Assembly: GCA_039621445.1 (NCBI GenBank)
Contig: CP154954.1
Span: forward strand, 32,326,012 to 32,390,011
Direction: 5' to 3'
Length of the DNA: 64,000 bases
Source of the DNA: Euglena gracilis
Taxonomy: Eukaryota
The notes beneath the pieces were generated by a model. It saw nothing but the letters and a program-made list of their open reading frames with translations. It was not told where the DNA came from and did not search any database. Positions 1-9,470 of the stretch are shown here, one piece after another (within the stretch, counting starts at the first letter, position 1; each line of letters begins with the position of its first letter). The position numbers were made by a program, and so were the translations under genes.

Positions 1-3000
1 CACCACCTGTGCAGAGGCTTCCTCTGGGCCTTCCGGGGCCTCGGGCTCCGCCTCCGCCTCGGCCTCCTCCCCCTCTGCGTAGCTGGGGTGCGACGACAGC
101 GGCGACGACCATCCACTGGCCACCTGGCCCTCCTCCTCCTCCTCTTCATCCTCCTCCTCCTCATCCGACGTGAACACCGGTGGGGGCCGCCCCTCCTCCC
201 TGGCGATGTTCCTCCGGATCCGCCGCTCGTAGATCCGGGCCGTGCGCAGCAGGGACTCAGGCACCCCCTGGGAGGTGCTGGGCTTGGGTCAGGCCTTGGG
301 CTTGGCCTTGGCCTTCCCTCATTGTGCGGCCCGCTTGGCCGCCCGCTCCTTCTTCTTTTCCGACCGCTGCTGGACGGCCTCCTTCCGGGCCTGGGCCTCC
401 GTCGCCTTCACCTCCAGCAGCTGCTTCAGCACCTCGGACTCCACCACCGTCCACAGCGGCTCGGACTTCTCCACGGCGTCCTGCAGCTGCTTCCACAGCC
501 CGGTGTTGTCCACCGGGCAGGCCTCCTGCACCGCGTGCCGGATGTGCTCGGTGTACTCCACCGGCTGCACTTTCTCCTTCCCCGTCAGGACCGCTACCAT
601 GTGCGGGGGGTCGGGCGTCCAGTTGAGGAGGTGGCCCACCCGCACCGCCGAGGGGAGCTGGAGGAGGAGGAAGCTGTCCACCTCCACCGGGCGCCGGACA
701 GCGCGGCGCCACAGGTAGTCCACCACGGCCCAGTGCAGCGCGTCGGGGGAGCCGTTGGACTCGCGGTCCCAGAAGATGACGGGAGGGACCTGAGCAGGGG
801 TAGCAAAGGGGGTAGGTATTGTGCAGGTGCGCATTCGAACATCATATGGAATGCCAACAAGGATATGGGATGCAACAATTTTCAAACGCAAATAAGAATG
901 CGCACATGCGCAATCATCCCAATGAAGGGAGGATTGCGCAGGTGCGCATTCACGGCCAGGGATCCATCCGAGCACTCTCCAGGCGGATTATGCATCCCGA
1001 CTCACGGCGTTTATGTAATGGCATTGACTCAGAGGTTCAGGGACAGGGTCGCAGACACATACCTTGAGCCTGTCCAGCTCCGTGTCGTGCAGGAGAATGT
1101 GGAGGGAGAACTTCACCGGCCGGTGGCGCTGCGCCCCGAACTCCACCACCTCGGTCCTCACCCAGCAGTCCACATCCAGCCGGTGCTTGGTGGCCACCCG
1201 CCGGTGGATGTGCTCCACCGTGGCCAGCGCCAGCGCCGGCGGACCGAACACCACCACGGGGACGTCGTCCGCCACGACGTACATTTGCGGCGCGATCGCC
1301 ACCCCCCTCTCCGCCTGCACCACCACCATCCGCACCCTAGCCTGCTCCGCCTGCATCGGCACCCCCGCCTCCGACGCCGCCGAGTAACAAAACACTCTCG
1401 CCAGGGTCTTCTGCTGCCCCTGGACCTCCCGCGCGTAGTCCACGCAGGCCAGGTGCGCCGGGTCCTCCGTCACCACCACCTTCGGTCTCGGGCGCGGGGC
1501 GGCCAGGCTCTCCCGCAGCGCCTCGAACTTCACCGACGTCCAGACCTCGGCGGTGGCCAGCGCCGTGAAGGGCGGGCACGTCGCGTCCTCCCGCCACTCC
1601 CAACGCCCGAGCCGCACGACCAGATGGCGGAGTGCGACGGCCTCCTTGAATCTCCATCTGGCAGCCCTGTCCTCCACTGCGAGGGGCAGGGAACGGGAGT
1701 GGTGGGGAGAATGCGCAGGTGCGCAATCGAACCATAACATGCAGTACACCCCACACAGAGCACTCAATGTCCAGAGCAAGATGCATCCATAACATTAGAT
1801 GGGACAAAATGCAAACGTGGGTGGGTGACAGAAGCACACCAACGTCCGGGTGGATGAAGCGGTTGGCCTCCGTCCAGTGGAAGTTGACCCACATCTCCAG
1901 GCAGGCGTCGCTCACCGCCTTCTCGAAGTCCTGCAGCTTGGGCCTCTCCCCCAGCAGCGCCGGCACCACCGCCGCCCGCGCCTCCGGCGTCATCAGCATC
2001 CGCAGCGACCGCAGCGCCGACACCGTCAGGCCCTTCTTCGTCGCCTCCAGCTTCCGCAGCGCCTCGATGGCCTGCTGCCCCAGCTGCTCCACCCAGCGCT
2101 GGAGGGGGCCGTACGCCTTGGTGGCCATGTCCTGAGTGTGAGAGGCGGGAGGCAGGTTTATGGTCATTCCAAAGAAAGGGCCAAATGCGCACATGCGCAT
2201 TCTTCTCTTATGTGAGAAGAATGCGCATGTGCGCAATCATGTGATGCCACACACAGGCTGTTGCATTCCATCTCCCGTACTCTGACCACCCACATTGCAT
2301 CATCATCCATTACCCCCATAGAGCACAAAGCACACCGTCTTCTGCGTCCGGTCGTACCCCGCCTTCTGCAGCGCCACCGCCAGCCTCACCTTCGGGTTGG
2401 CCTCCGCCCGCACGTCGTCGCCCAGCAGCAGCGCCGCGAAGCTGCTGAGGGGGAGGCCGTGGACCTGCATCTGCTGCGCCTGGTTGTCGCCGCCGGCCAG
2501 CTGCCGCATCGCCACCGGGGTGCCGTGCTTCAGCACCCTCGCCAGCACCCACCGGTACTGCTCCGGCACCTCCCGCCGCTCCTTCAGGAAGTCCTCCGCC
2601 ATCTTCTTCAGTGCCGCCGTCATGTGCTGCCCGCCGACCACCACGTACTCCCGGTCTGTGACGAGACGCACGAGGCAGGCAGGGGGGTGGAAAGAAACTG
2701 CAAGCCAGGTATGGATACCAAAACCAGTGCATGTTTGCGCGGGTGCGCATTCCTCATTTCACTCAATGCATATCCATCCATAAATTTATTATGCAAAGCA
2801 ACTCACAACCAAAACAATGCGCATGTGCGCAAACACACCGATGGTGTCCGCCGCCCACACCACGACTCTCTGCACGGTGGGGGGGGGGGGTTGGTGCGCA
2901 TCGCCTCGTAGACGCGGTCCACGTCCTCCGCCACCAAGGACCGCACCTGCCCCTCTCTGCAGGCCAGGTCGAAGCGCACCTTGGTGAGCTCGATGCGCTG

Positions 3001-3198
3001 CTCTCCCGGCAGCAGCCAGTCTTCCGGCCTCCCGCCCGCCCAACTCGCGATGGCCTCCACCACGCGCTTCTTCTTCTTCCTCCGCCTCTCCTCCTCCGCT
3101 TCCTCCCCCTCCCCCTCTGCCGGGCCTTGGGTGGGGGGTGCCTCGAGGGGCTCCGGCACGTCGGGGGCTGAGGGGGCTGGCGATGGGGGGCGGGACAT
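1..3198 (-). pseudogene. 5-exon gene for a ParB/Srx-like N-terminal-domain protein (~685 aa to the first TGA; frame stays open to the window edge past two TGAs). Exons 3198-2839, 2655-2336, 2131-1840, 1676-1063, 789-319(<1)
   Basis: Four GT-AG introns (2838-2656, 2335-2132, 1839-1677, 1062-790) join the separate ORF-track fragments in phase. The spliced N-terminus GQVRSLVAEDVDRVYEAM..PTVQRVVVWAADTIDREYVVVGGQHMTAALKK resembles the ParB/Srx/DGQHR core. One 1-nt frameshift in the G12 run at 2879-2890, and in-frame TGAs at 319-321 and 289-291. Confidence 0.7.
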
Positions 3199-3750
3199 GG
3201 GGGTGCCGGTGCCCTGCGGTCGAGAAATGGTACATCACTCTCTGTGTACGGGGCGGCAACCCCTATAGCCCTCAGTTCATTTATTTGAATTGATGCATCC
3301 CCCAGCCCTCCCGAGGAAAAAACCATCCAAAATGATTTTTTTTTTAAGCATGCCTCTGAAAGGGCCAGAAAAGGCGATTTCGACAGCGGCGGCGCCTGCT
3401 GCGGTGCCGATTTTCGGAACAGGTCAGGGGAAGTAGAAATATTTCGGATGCACAATTTTGAAAAGTCCTGAGGTTTTGTTTTTGTCGAAAATCACTGAAC
3501 AAAATTACACCCTCTGACGTGTGCAATGCCAGTCGCGCAGAATCGCGTACTGTACGCGGAGTTTTTTTGGCTGAAAAATTTGTGCCCAGCTGCCCGAAAC
3601 GAGGCTCCGCAAGACCCGGGGCTTCCGCCCCGGTGTTCGGCACACTTGGGGGCACCCCCCCAGGCCTCCCAATCGTTCCAGAACGTCGGATGAGTGCAGC
3701 GCCTCCGTGTCCCGGGTGGTGGGGTGCCCCGCTCGGTACGGGGCCCCAGC

Positions 3751-4050
3751 TCAGGCGACGTCCTCGTCGGGGTTGGCTGGGAGGTACACGTCGGGGCCCG
3801 TGGCGGGCGGCACGGGATCGGGGATGCGGCCCGCCAGGTGGGGGGCGCTGAGACCGGCCCGGGCCTCTGGGCCGACGCCACGGAGGTGGGGGACGCCCGG
3901 GACGCACCACCGCGGAGCCGCCGGGACGGGCTGGCCCGCCGCCTGCAGCGCGGGGGGAGCGGGTTGCTCGAACACGGACCGCCGAACAGGGGCTGCGCCG
4001 TGCGGAAGGACGATGGCGGGTGGGTGCTGGCGGGGCATTTGCCAAGTCAA
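3751..4050 (-). CDS. Pro/Ala-rich small ORF, or a terminal exon of the transposase-like gene
   Basis: GC-rich coding-like segment (MPRQHPPAIVLPHG...) with a possible phase-0 acceptor (CAG|CACCCA). No recognisable domain. Confidence 0.3.
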   Translation of the reverse strand: MTWQMPRQHPPAIVLPHGAAPVRRSVFEQPAPPALQAAGQPVPAAPRWCVPGVPHLRGVGPEARAGLSAPHLAGRIPDPVPPATGPDVYLPANPDEDVA

Positions 4051-4467
4051 TTCGCGAAAAAGAAAACGTGGTCACACACCGCACCGGGTCGTTCAGTGGG
4101 TCTGTGTACTCCCAACGATCGAAATCACTTGTAATGCGCATCCGCGCATTACAAGTGATTTCAGATAAGTCTGTCATATATAATTAGTTTGCGCACATGC
4201 GCATTCTGTTGTAATGACCTCTCGGTCAAGGCAAGAAGGCGACTGGTTGGCAGAAGCCGTCATGACACGCTGTATACACCGAGTAGCCAGTGGAATAACC
4301 CATGACACAGCGGCTGCACTGTCCACTTAGTACCACGAGTGAGTCGACAAAACCAACACAATTCAGAACATCTAGTACAATCACTGCTGAATGCGCATGT
4401 GCGCATTCAGCAGTGATTGCGCTCATGCGCATTCAGCACTGATTGCGCACATGCGCATTCACACCGT

Positions 4468-6975
4468 TCATTCACATTCTTTTGGTATTGACTGACAAAC
4501 GATCCTCTTCCATATGCCCCGCCAGTTCGGAACAGCTGGTTGCACCGGGGGGACGGCGACTGGCTGGGGCTTCGCCTTCGGCTTGCCCTTTGGTTGGGCC
4601 TTGGGCTTCGCCTCCGGTCGGACGCGCCCGGCCACGCCGTCCCACGCCCGGAGGTACTGGACGACCTCCTCCTCGCTCCGCCGAGCGCACAGGCCATCTA
4701 GCTCCCGCTGCACGTCCTCGTTGGGCAGGTTGTCCCCGACCAGGGCGAGGAAGGCGTACCGCATCGTGGCCGTCGCGTCCTCCGGGGTGAGGTCCACGGA
4801 CAGCAGGCTGGCGGGGTGGCTCCAGTCCGCGGGCCAGGGCTCGCCCACGGAGTACTCCCGCTCCGTCAGCCGGGCCACATAGCGGACCACGTCGGACACG
4901 GACTCAATCGCCACCCCCGGTCCGGGCACCACGGGCAGCCGCTGCTCCGCACCGCACTGTTCCAGAAGGTCCTCCACGTGTCCGCGCACCGTGTCCACCC
5001 ACCGCTGCCCCACGTTGCCACCCCGCAGCGCCCTGACACCGGGCCGACCGGTCTCCAGCAGCGCGTACAGGTCCCCCACCTGATCCGTGCTCACCGCCAG
5101 GGGGTGCCGCTCGTTCTCCTGCCCGAGCCGGGACAGCGCCGCCTCGCTGAAGCAGGCCGCGGGCAGGGCCGCGTGCCACGGCATCCAGCACAGCATGGCC
5201 ACACCCACAGTCCGGATGTACTCCGTCCGGCGCTCGCCGGGGGCCTCCAGACGCAGCAGCAGGGCGAGGCTGCCGTGCAGCACCTCGAGGGCGTGTCCAC
5301 CGGTGCCAGACTGTCGCAGCTCCCAGTGGCAGGTGCGCACCATCTCCCCCAGGACCAGACACGCCGGAGCCCACTCCCCCAGGAGATCCGCCAGCGCCGC
5401 CAGGATGGTGCTGTCCGCCCGCAGGATCCGCACGACCTGGTTGGCATCCCGCAGTGCAGACTCGGCCCGCTGCAGCGCCGCCTCCCCTTCCTCCGCACCG
5501 GCGATCGCGCGCTCGGCCCGGGACCAGGGGGCCTGCCCGGCGCACACCCGCACCAGCTGCTGCCGGACGTGGGCCTCGGCCGCCTCCAGCTGGGCCCGTC
5601 GCTCCGCCACGGTCGTCGCCCGCTGCGCCGCCTCGCGCTCCACCACGGTCATGCGACGCACCAGACGGTCCCGGAATGCGCAGATGCGCAATCGGGTGTC
5701 CCGTGGCACCAGCAGGAGGGCCCCCAGCCACCGCTCCAGGGTCTGTAGGTTGGGCCGGTGGAAGCTGCCCGTACCGCTTCGGGCCAGGGTGCCGCTCTGC
5801 ACGTAGAGGAAGAGGGGCAGGAACCGCCGGTATATGGTGTGCACCAGCTGTTTGTAGGGGTGCCACACCGCGTACAGCATGGGGAGGGGCGTCAGGGCAG
5901 CCGACACGTCCCACCGCTGCAGCTCCCGGCCGTACAGCAGCTTCGCCACCCGGTACCAGATGTTCTCGTCCACGAGGACCGGCACCGGGGTGGCGAGGTG
6001 GTCGGCGACCGAGCCTTGCAGGTAGCGCAGCACCTCCAGCAGGCCGACCTGGGCCGACACGGCGTGGTCGCCCATGAGGAACGGACGCCACGGCAGGGCC
6101 TCCACCCGGGGCCGGCTCACGTCCAGGGGCACCCGGAAGTCCGTCGCCGGCAGGTCCCAGTCGGCCACCGCCCGGATGCGTTCCCGCAGCCGTCCGCCGC
6201 CGTACTCCGCCAGCTCGGTACCGACCAGCAGGTGCCGCTGCCACAGCTGCTCCAGGGAGTAGTGGCCAGGGAACGGGGGCACGGGGTCCACGAGCGGCAG
6301 CACCGCCACCACCACCACGTTCAGGTGGGCCTCCATCTGGCGCGGGGTGTTGCGGTACCGCCGCTTGTAGTAGTTGTCGAACCACAGCACCGCGGGGTTC
6401 CCGGCCAGGTCGCGCCACAGCTCGGCCTGCCGCGCCAGGGCCAGCCGGGCGCGGTCGGCGGCGGAGTGCAGCAGGGCGGCTGGGTGGACCCCGCTGGGGC
6501 GGAGGAAGCGGCCCAGGGCGCGGGTGGCGGGCAGGGGGACGTCCTCGGCGGCGACGCGGGGCTGCGGGGCACGCGGGCAGGCGTGCTGGCGGTGGGCCCG
6601 GTACGAGGCCCAGGCGTCCCGCAGCAGCATCTCCGTGCGCTGTCGGCGGGGGCGGCGGGTCAGCTCGGCCAGGAGGTGGTCGCTGTCCGGGGAGCGGCGG
6701 AACGGGACCCGGGTGTGGGCCACCAGGACCACCAGCTCGTACAGGGGGTGGGGCGGGTCCACCACGGCCGTGACGAAGTCGGCGTACGTGGCGACGAAGG
6801 TGTCCCGCACCAGCCGGCCAATGATCTTGCGCGGTGGCGCAGGCGCGGGCGGCGGGGGTGTGCGCGTGCCTGGCCCGGTACAGTGTCTGGGGTTGGCGGG
6901 GCATGGGGAGGTTGAGGTGGGTGTAGGGACTGCCGACTGGCGGGAGCCGCCGAGACAGCAGCCAAGGACAAACAA
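4468..6975 (-). CDS. Putative DDE (RNase H-fold) transposase with a large helical/coiled-coil insertion; true start uncertain
   Basis: Ordered motifs: VLWFDNY (D, ~6373-6384), hydrophobic strands, PVLVDEN (D, ~5962-5973), YAVWHPYK (H, ~5860), a long helical insert, then FSEAALSRL (E, ~5140-5148). Strong GC3 codon bias. The likely ATG (MPRQPQ, ~6904) appears frameshifted relative to the main ORF. Confidence 0.55.
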   Translation of the reverse strand: MFVLGCCLGGSRQSAVPTPTSTSPCPANPRHCTGPGTRTPPPPAPAPPRKIIGRLVRDTFVATYADFVTAVVDPPHPLYELVVLVAHTRVPFRRSPDSDHLLAELTRRPRRQRTEMLLRDAWASYRAHRQHACPRAPQPRVAAEDVPLPATRALGRFLRPSGVHPAALLHSAADRARLALARQAELWRDLAGNPAVLWFDNYYKRRYRNTPRQMEAHLNVVVVAVLPLVDPVPPFPGHYSLEQLWQRHLLVGTELAEYGGGRLRERIRAVADWDLPATDFRVPLDVSRPRVEALPWRPFLMGDHAVSAQVGLLEVLRYLQGSVADHLATPVPVLVDENIWYRVAKLLYGRELQRWDVSAALTPLPMLYAVWHPYKQLVHTIYRRFLPLFLYVQSGTLARSGTGSFHRPNLQTLERWLGALLLVPRDTRLRICAFRDRLVRRMTVVEREAAQRATTVAERRAQLEAAEAHVRQQLVRVCAGQAPWSRAERAIAGAEEGEAALQRAESALRDANQVVRILRADSTILAALADLLGEWAPACLVLGEMVRTCHWELRQSGTGGHALEVLHGSLALLLRLEAPGERRTEYIRTVGVAMLCWMPWHAALPAACFSEAALSRLGQENERHPLAVSTDQVGDLYALLETGRPGVRALRGGNVGQRWVDTVRGHVEDLLEQCGAEQRLPVVPGPGVAIESVSDVVRYVARLTEREYSVGEPWPADWSHPASLLSVDLTPEDATATMRYAFLALVGDNLPNEDVQRELDGLCARRSEEEVVQYLRAWDGVAGRVRPEAKPKAQPKGKPKAKPQPVAVPPVQPAVPNWRGIWKRIVCQSIPKECE

Positions 6976-7336
6976 ACATCCGTAAGAAGGGGTACAAACC
7001 GGTCAAAGGACACTACCACGTAACGTCTCAACAATGCGCATGTGCGCATTCATCGTACGATCTGGTGGTAACATACGACTGAGGGAGACGTAATGTACAT
7101 TGTACGACACAATGCGCACATGCGCATTCTGCAGTACAAGGTGTAACGGTCTGACAGCCGGTCTGAGGTCGTCTCGGTTGTGATCGAATGACTGCAGCCT
7201 GTGGGTGTGATGGCCAGCTGCAGAAAACAACGTTCACACTCAGCTACGGCACGCCAAGCCAGGTGTTGGCGTGTGACAACAGTGGATCCAGTGTCGTGCG
7301 TGGCCGCTCCATTCATCAGCTGCGGGGGTGGCTGAC

Positions 7337-7800
7337 TCACAGTTCAAAACCACACTCAACAGGAAAAGACAGTCGGAACACAACCGCCAGGTAAGCATGT
7401 AGCACACCCCGTACCAACACTGGGCCTGCAAACCACGAGCCCGACTGGAAAGCAGTCCTTCGCGCCTCGGGGGGAGGGGGGTGGTAACCACCGCCATCAC
7501 CAACACACCGGCACCCGTGCACCAGCCCTGAAAGGAGGGGGGGGACAAAATTCATCCGGACATCCTCAATGCGCAGGTGCGCATTCTTCACACCATTGGT
7601 CTGAATGCGCGTCTGCGCATTCAGACCACCCGGGTCTGCCACACGGTCAAACACCCACACGTCCACCCAGGTCGCATCCCCTCCTGCTCTCACACGCACC
7701 GGACCAATTAGAACCTTCCAACTGGAAACAGGTGACCCACCGCAGCATGGTGGCCCCGACCCCACACATCACCACCCCTTTCCATCCAGATCACCCCAAT
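7337..7800 (-). CDS. Possible third element gene with a palindrome-containing intron (7629-7528)
   Basis: A GT...CTTTCAG 102-bp segment holds two palindromes and joins ...WVFDRVADP to GLVHGCRC... in frame. No recognisable domain. Confidence 0.25.
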
Positions 7801-8321
7801 TCGGATCTCCAACATCCCGCAATACTGCTGCCTCGGCGGGGTGTGGGGGTGTAGCTGACGTCAGGGGGCAGTCACCTCACAATCTTCTTCGTAGCCAAAT
7901 GCGATACAGAGCACACTGTGAAAAAAAGAAAACAAGCATTCGGCACGCGTCAAAATATTAGAGCGCTCCCGTTACGCGATTTGGATGCTGGTTTCAAAGC
8001 GCACGCGACACGTTCAGAATGCGCACCTGCGCACTCCGCGTCCAAAATGCGCGGATGCGCATTTTCACTAAAACTGCCTAAATTTTGTGACTCAACAAGA
8101 AAAGTGCATTCCCGGCCGTCTAAGAAGAAAGGTACACTCAGGCAGCATAATTCGCATTTAAGTTTTAGAGTTTCTTTGCGCAAGCGAAGGAAAATTGTTT
8201 GCTTCATTTCTCGTCGCAAAAAGTGAGATTCAGCCCGTTTTTTGTGTTTTCGGCTGTCACGGTGCACCAACAGATCGACGGGAATCGCATCAGAGCTCAA
8301 GAGTTTTTCACAATTGTAGTG

Positions 8322-9399
8322 ATGAGTGGCGTGGGGGGGGGTTGTCCCTCTCCTGCCCCCTGCCCCCTGTCCCCGCAGGACCTCGGCAAACTGTTCCCCG
8401 AAGCGTCCCCAGCGACCCCCGGGGCTGACCCGCCCCGGGCGAATGTGTCTGACACCCAGCGATGGTTGACGGCGTCCGCCTTGCGGGTGGGTGAAACCCC
8501 CGTTGTTTTCTTTAGGGTGGATCAGGGGTTGATCTCAGCTGTACGGGGATGTCCTGGACAACAAGGAAATTGGGTGAGCTGATCAGATTTAAAACAGTTT
8601 GGATCCGGAAAAATTCATTGTTAGAAAAATTCGAATTTTCACCAAAAGTGCTGGTTTTTTATCATTTGTGATGAATTTTTTCAGCAAAAGGCAACTCGAG
8701 ATTCCAAAAGAAATGGTCACAATAGTCCTCTGGGTGTCTTGCTTGTAATTTTGCATGCCTAAACAGACTCCAAAATTGAGCATCTGTCACACCCCATCTT
8801 TTTGTGTGTGAAATTTGATTAGTCAGCTCCTCCCAAACAGCGTTGGGAGGGTATGGGAAAAAACGGTGGGAGAAATGGGTGGTTTCGCGTCATTTTTGTT
8901 TCCCGTCATTTTTGTCCGGATTGTGTGACCCAACGGCAAACAAAAGCCACTGTCACAGCAAGAGAACCATCCCTGCCGCGTGGCTTCCCGCCCCACTTCA
9001 TCTTCCCCTCCCCTTCCCGGCCAGGCTTCGTTGGGCCGATGGGTCGGCTTCATATATGCCCGGTTTTTGTGTTGTGCTTCCACCCTCGCGGTCTGCTGTC
9101 CACCGCGGCGGGCTGCAGGGGCATTCCCCCGGCCCCGCGCCGCCTCGGTCCCCAAATTCCAGAGCCTGAGGCCACCCCGGCGCCACGCCCGCCGTGGCCT
9201 TGTCCCCGAGCCCAGCCACTGGCCCATCCCTCCTCAGCCGGATCGCCCCCAGGGACTCCGGAGAGGTCGGGGTGGGCGGTGCGGCGAGGGGGGAGGGTTG
9301 GAGAGGCTGATGGCATTAGAGCCGCCGAAGGAGTGGAGCAGCTGCAACTGGGCTATTTCTATCCACTGCCAGCCGTCAGGATCAGGCCCGGGCATGGGT

Positions 9400-9470
<71 letters not shown>

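Larger units (their letters stand above)
820..8063. repeat. About 19 dispersed copies of the 18-bp palindrome (A/T)(A/T)TGCGCA-NN-TGCGCA(T/A)T
   Basis: Copies start at about 820, 897, 933, 1710, 2184, 2220, 2734, 2816, 4133, 4188, 4390, 4416, 4442, 7033, 7111, 7568, 7604, 8018 and 8046. None lies in a reconstructed exon, and I saw no comparable array elsewhere in the window. Confidence 0.92.
1..8078 (-). mobile_element. Large putative DNA transposon (left end outside window) carrying a DDE-like transposase gene, a ParB-like gene and dispersed 18-bp palindromes
   Basis: Co-oriented minus-strand GC-rich genes. A private palindrome is confined to 820-8063. The region stops at ...AAAACTGCC (8078), i.e. 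5'-GGCAG on the minus strand, the same terminus as the TIR elements at 14623 and 31127. Coding lesions suggest a decaying copy. Confidence 0.65.

Noticed and set aside
289-321. TGA reassignment or selenocysteine
   Set aside because: TGA appears to be used as a normal stop elsewhere (62751), and the context is a basic low-complexity tract. CGA>TGA decay is the simpler explanation.
88-7006. Long overlapping ORFs (88-1737 +, 4816-5748 +, 5758-6915 +, 4904-7006 -)
   Set aside because: They are antisense or off-frame shadows of GC3-rich minus-strand coding sequence, with low-complexity R/H/G/P translations.
820-8063. CRISPR array interpretation of the recurring palindrome
   Set aside because: Spacing is irregular (26 bp to >2 kb), copies sit in spliceosomal introns, and there are no cas-like genes.
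1-8078. Bacterial or phage contamination suggested by the ParB-like motif and high GC
   Set aside because: The gene has four in-phase GT-AG introns with donors like those of the host genes, and it is contiguous with euglenid sequence.
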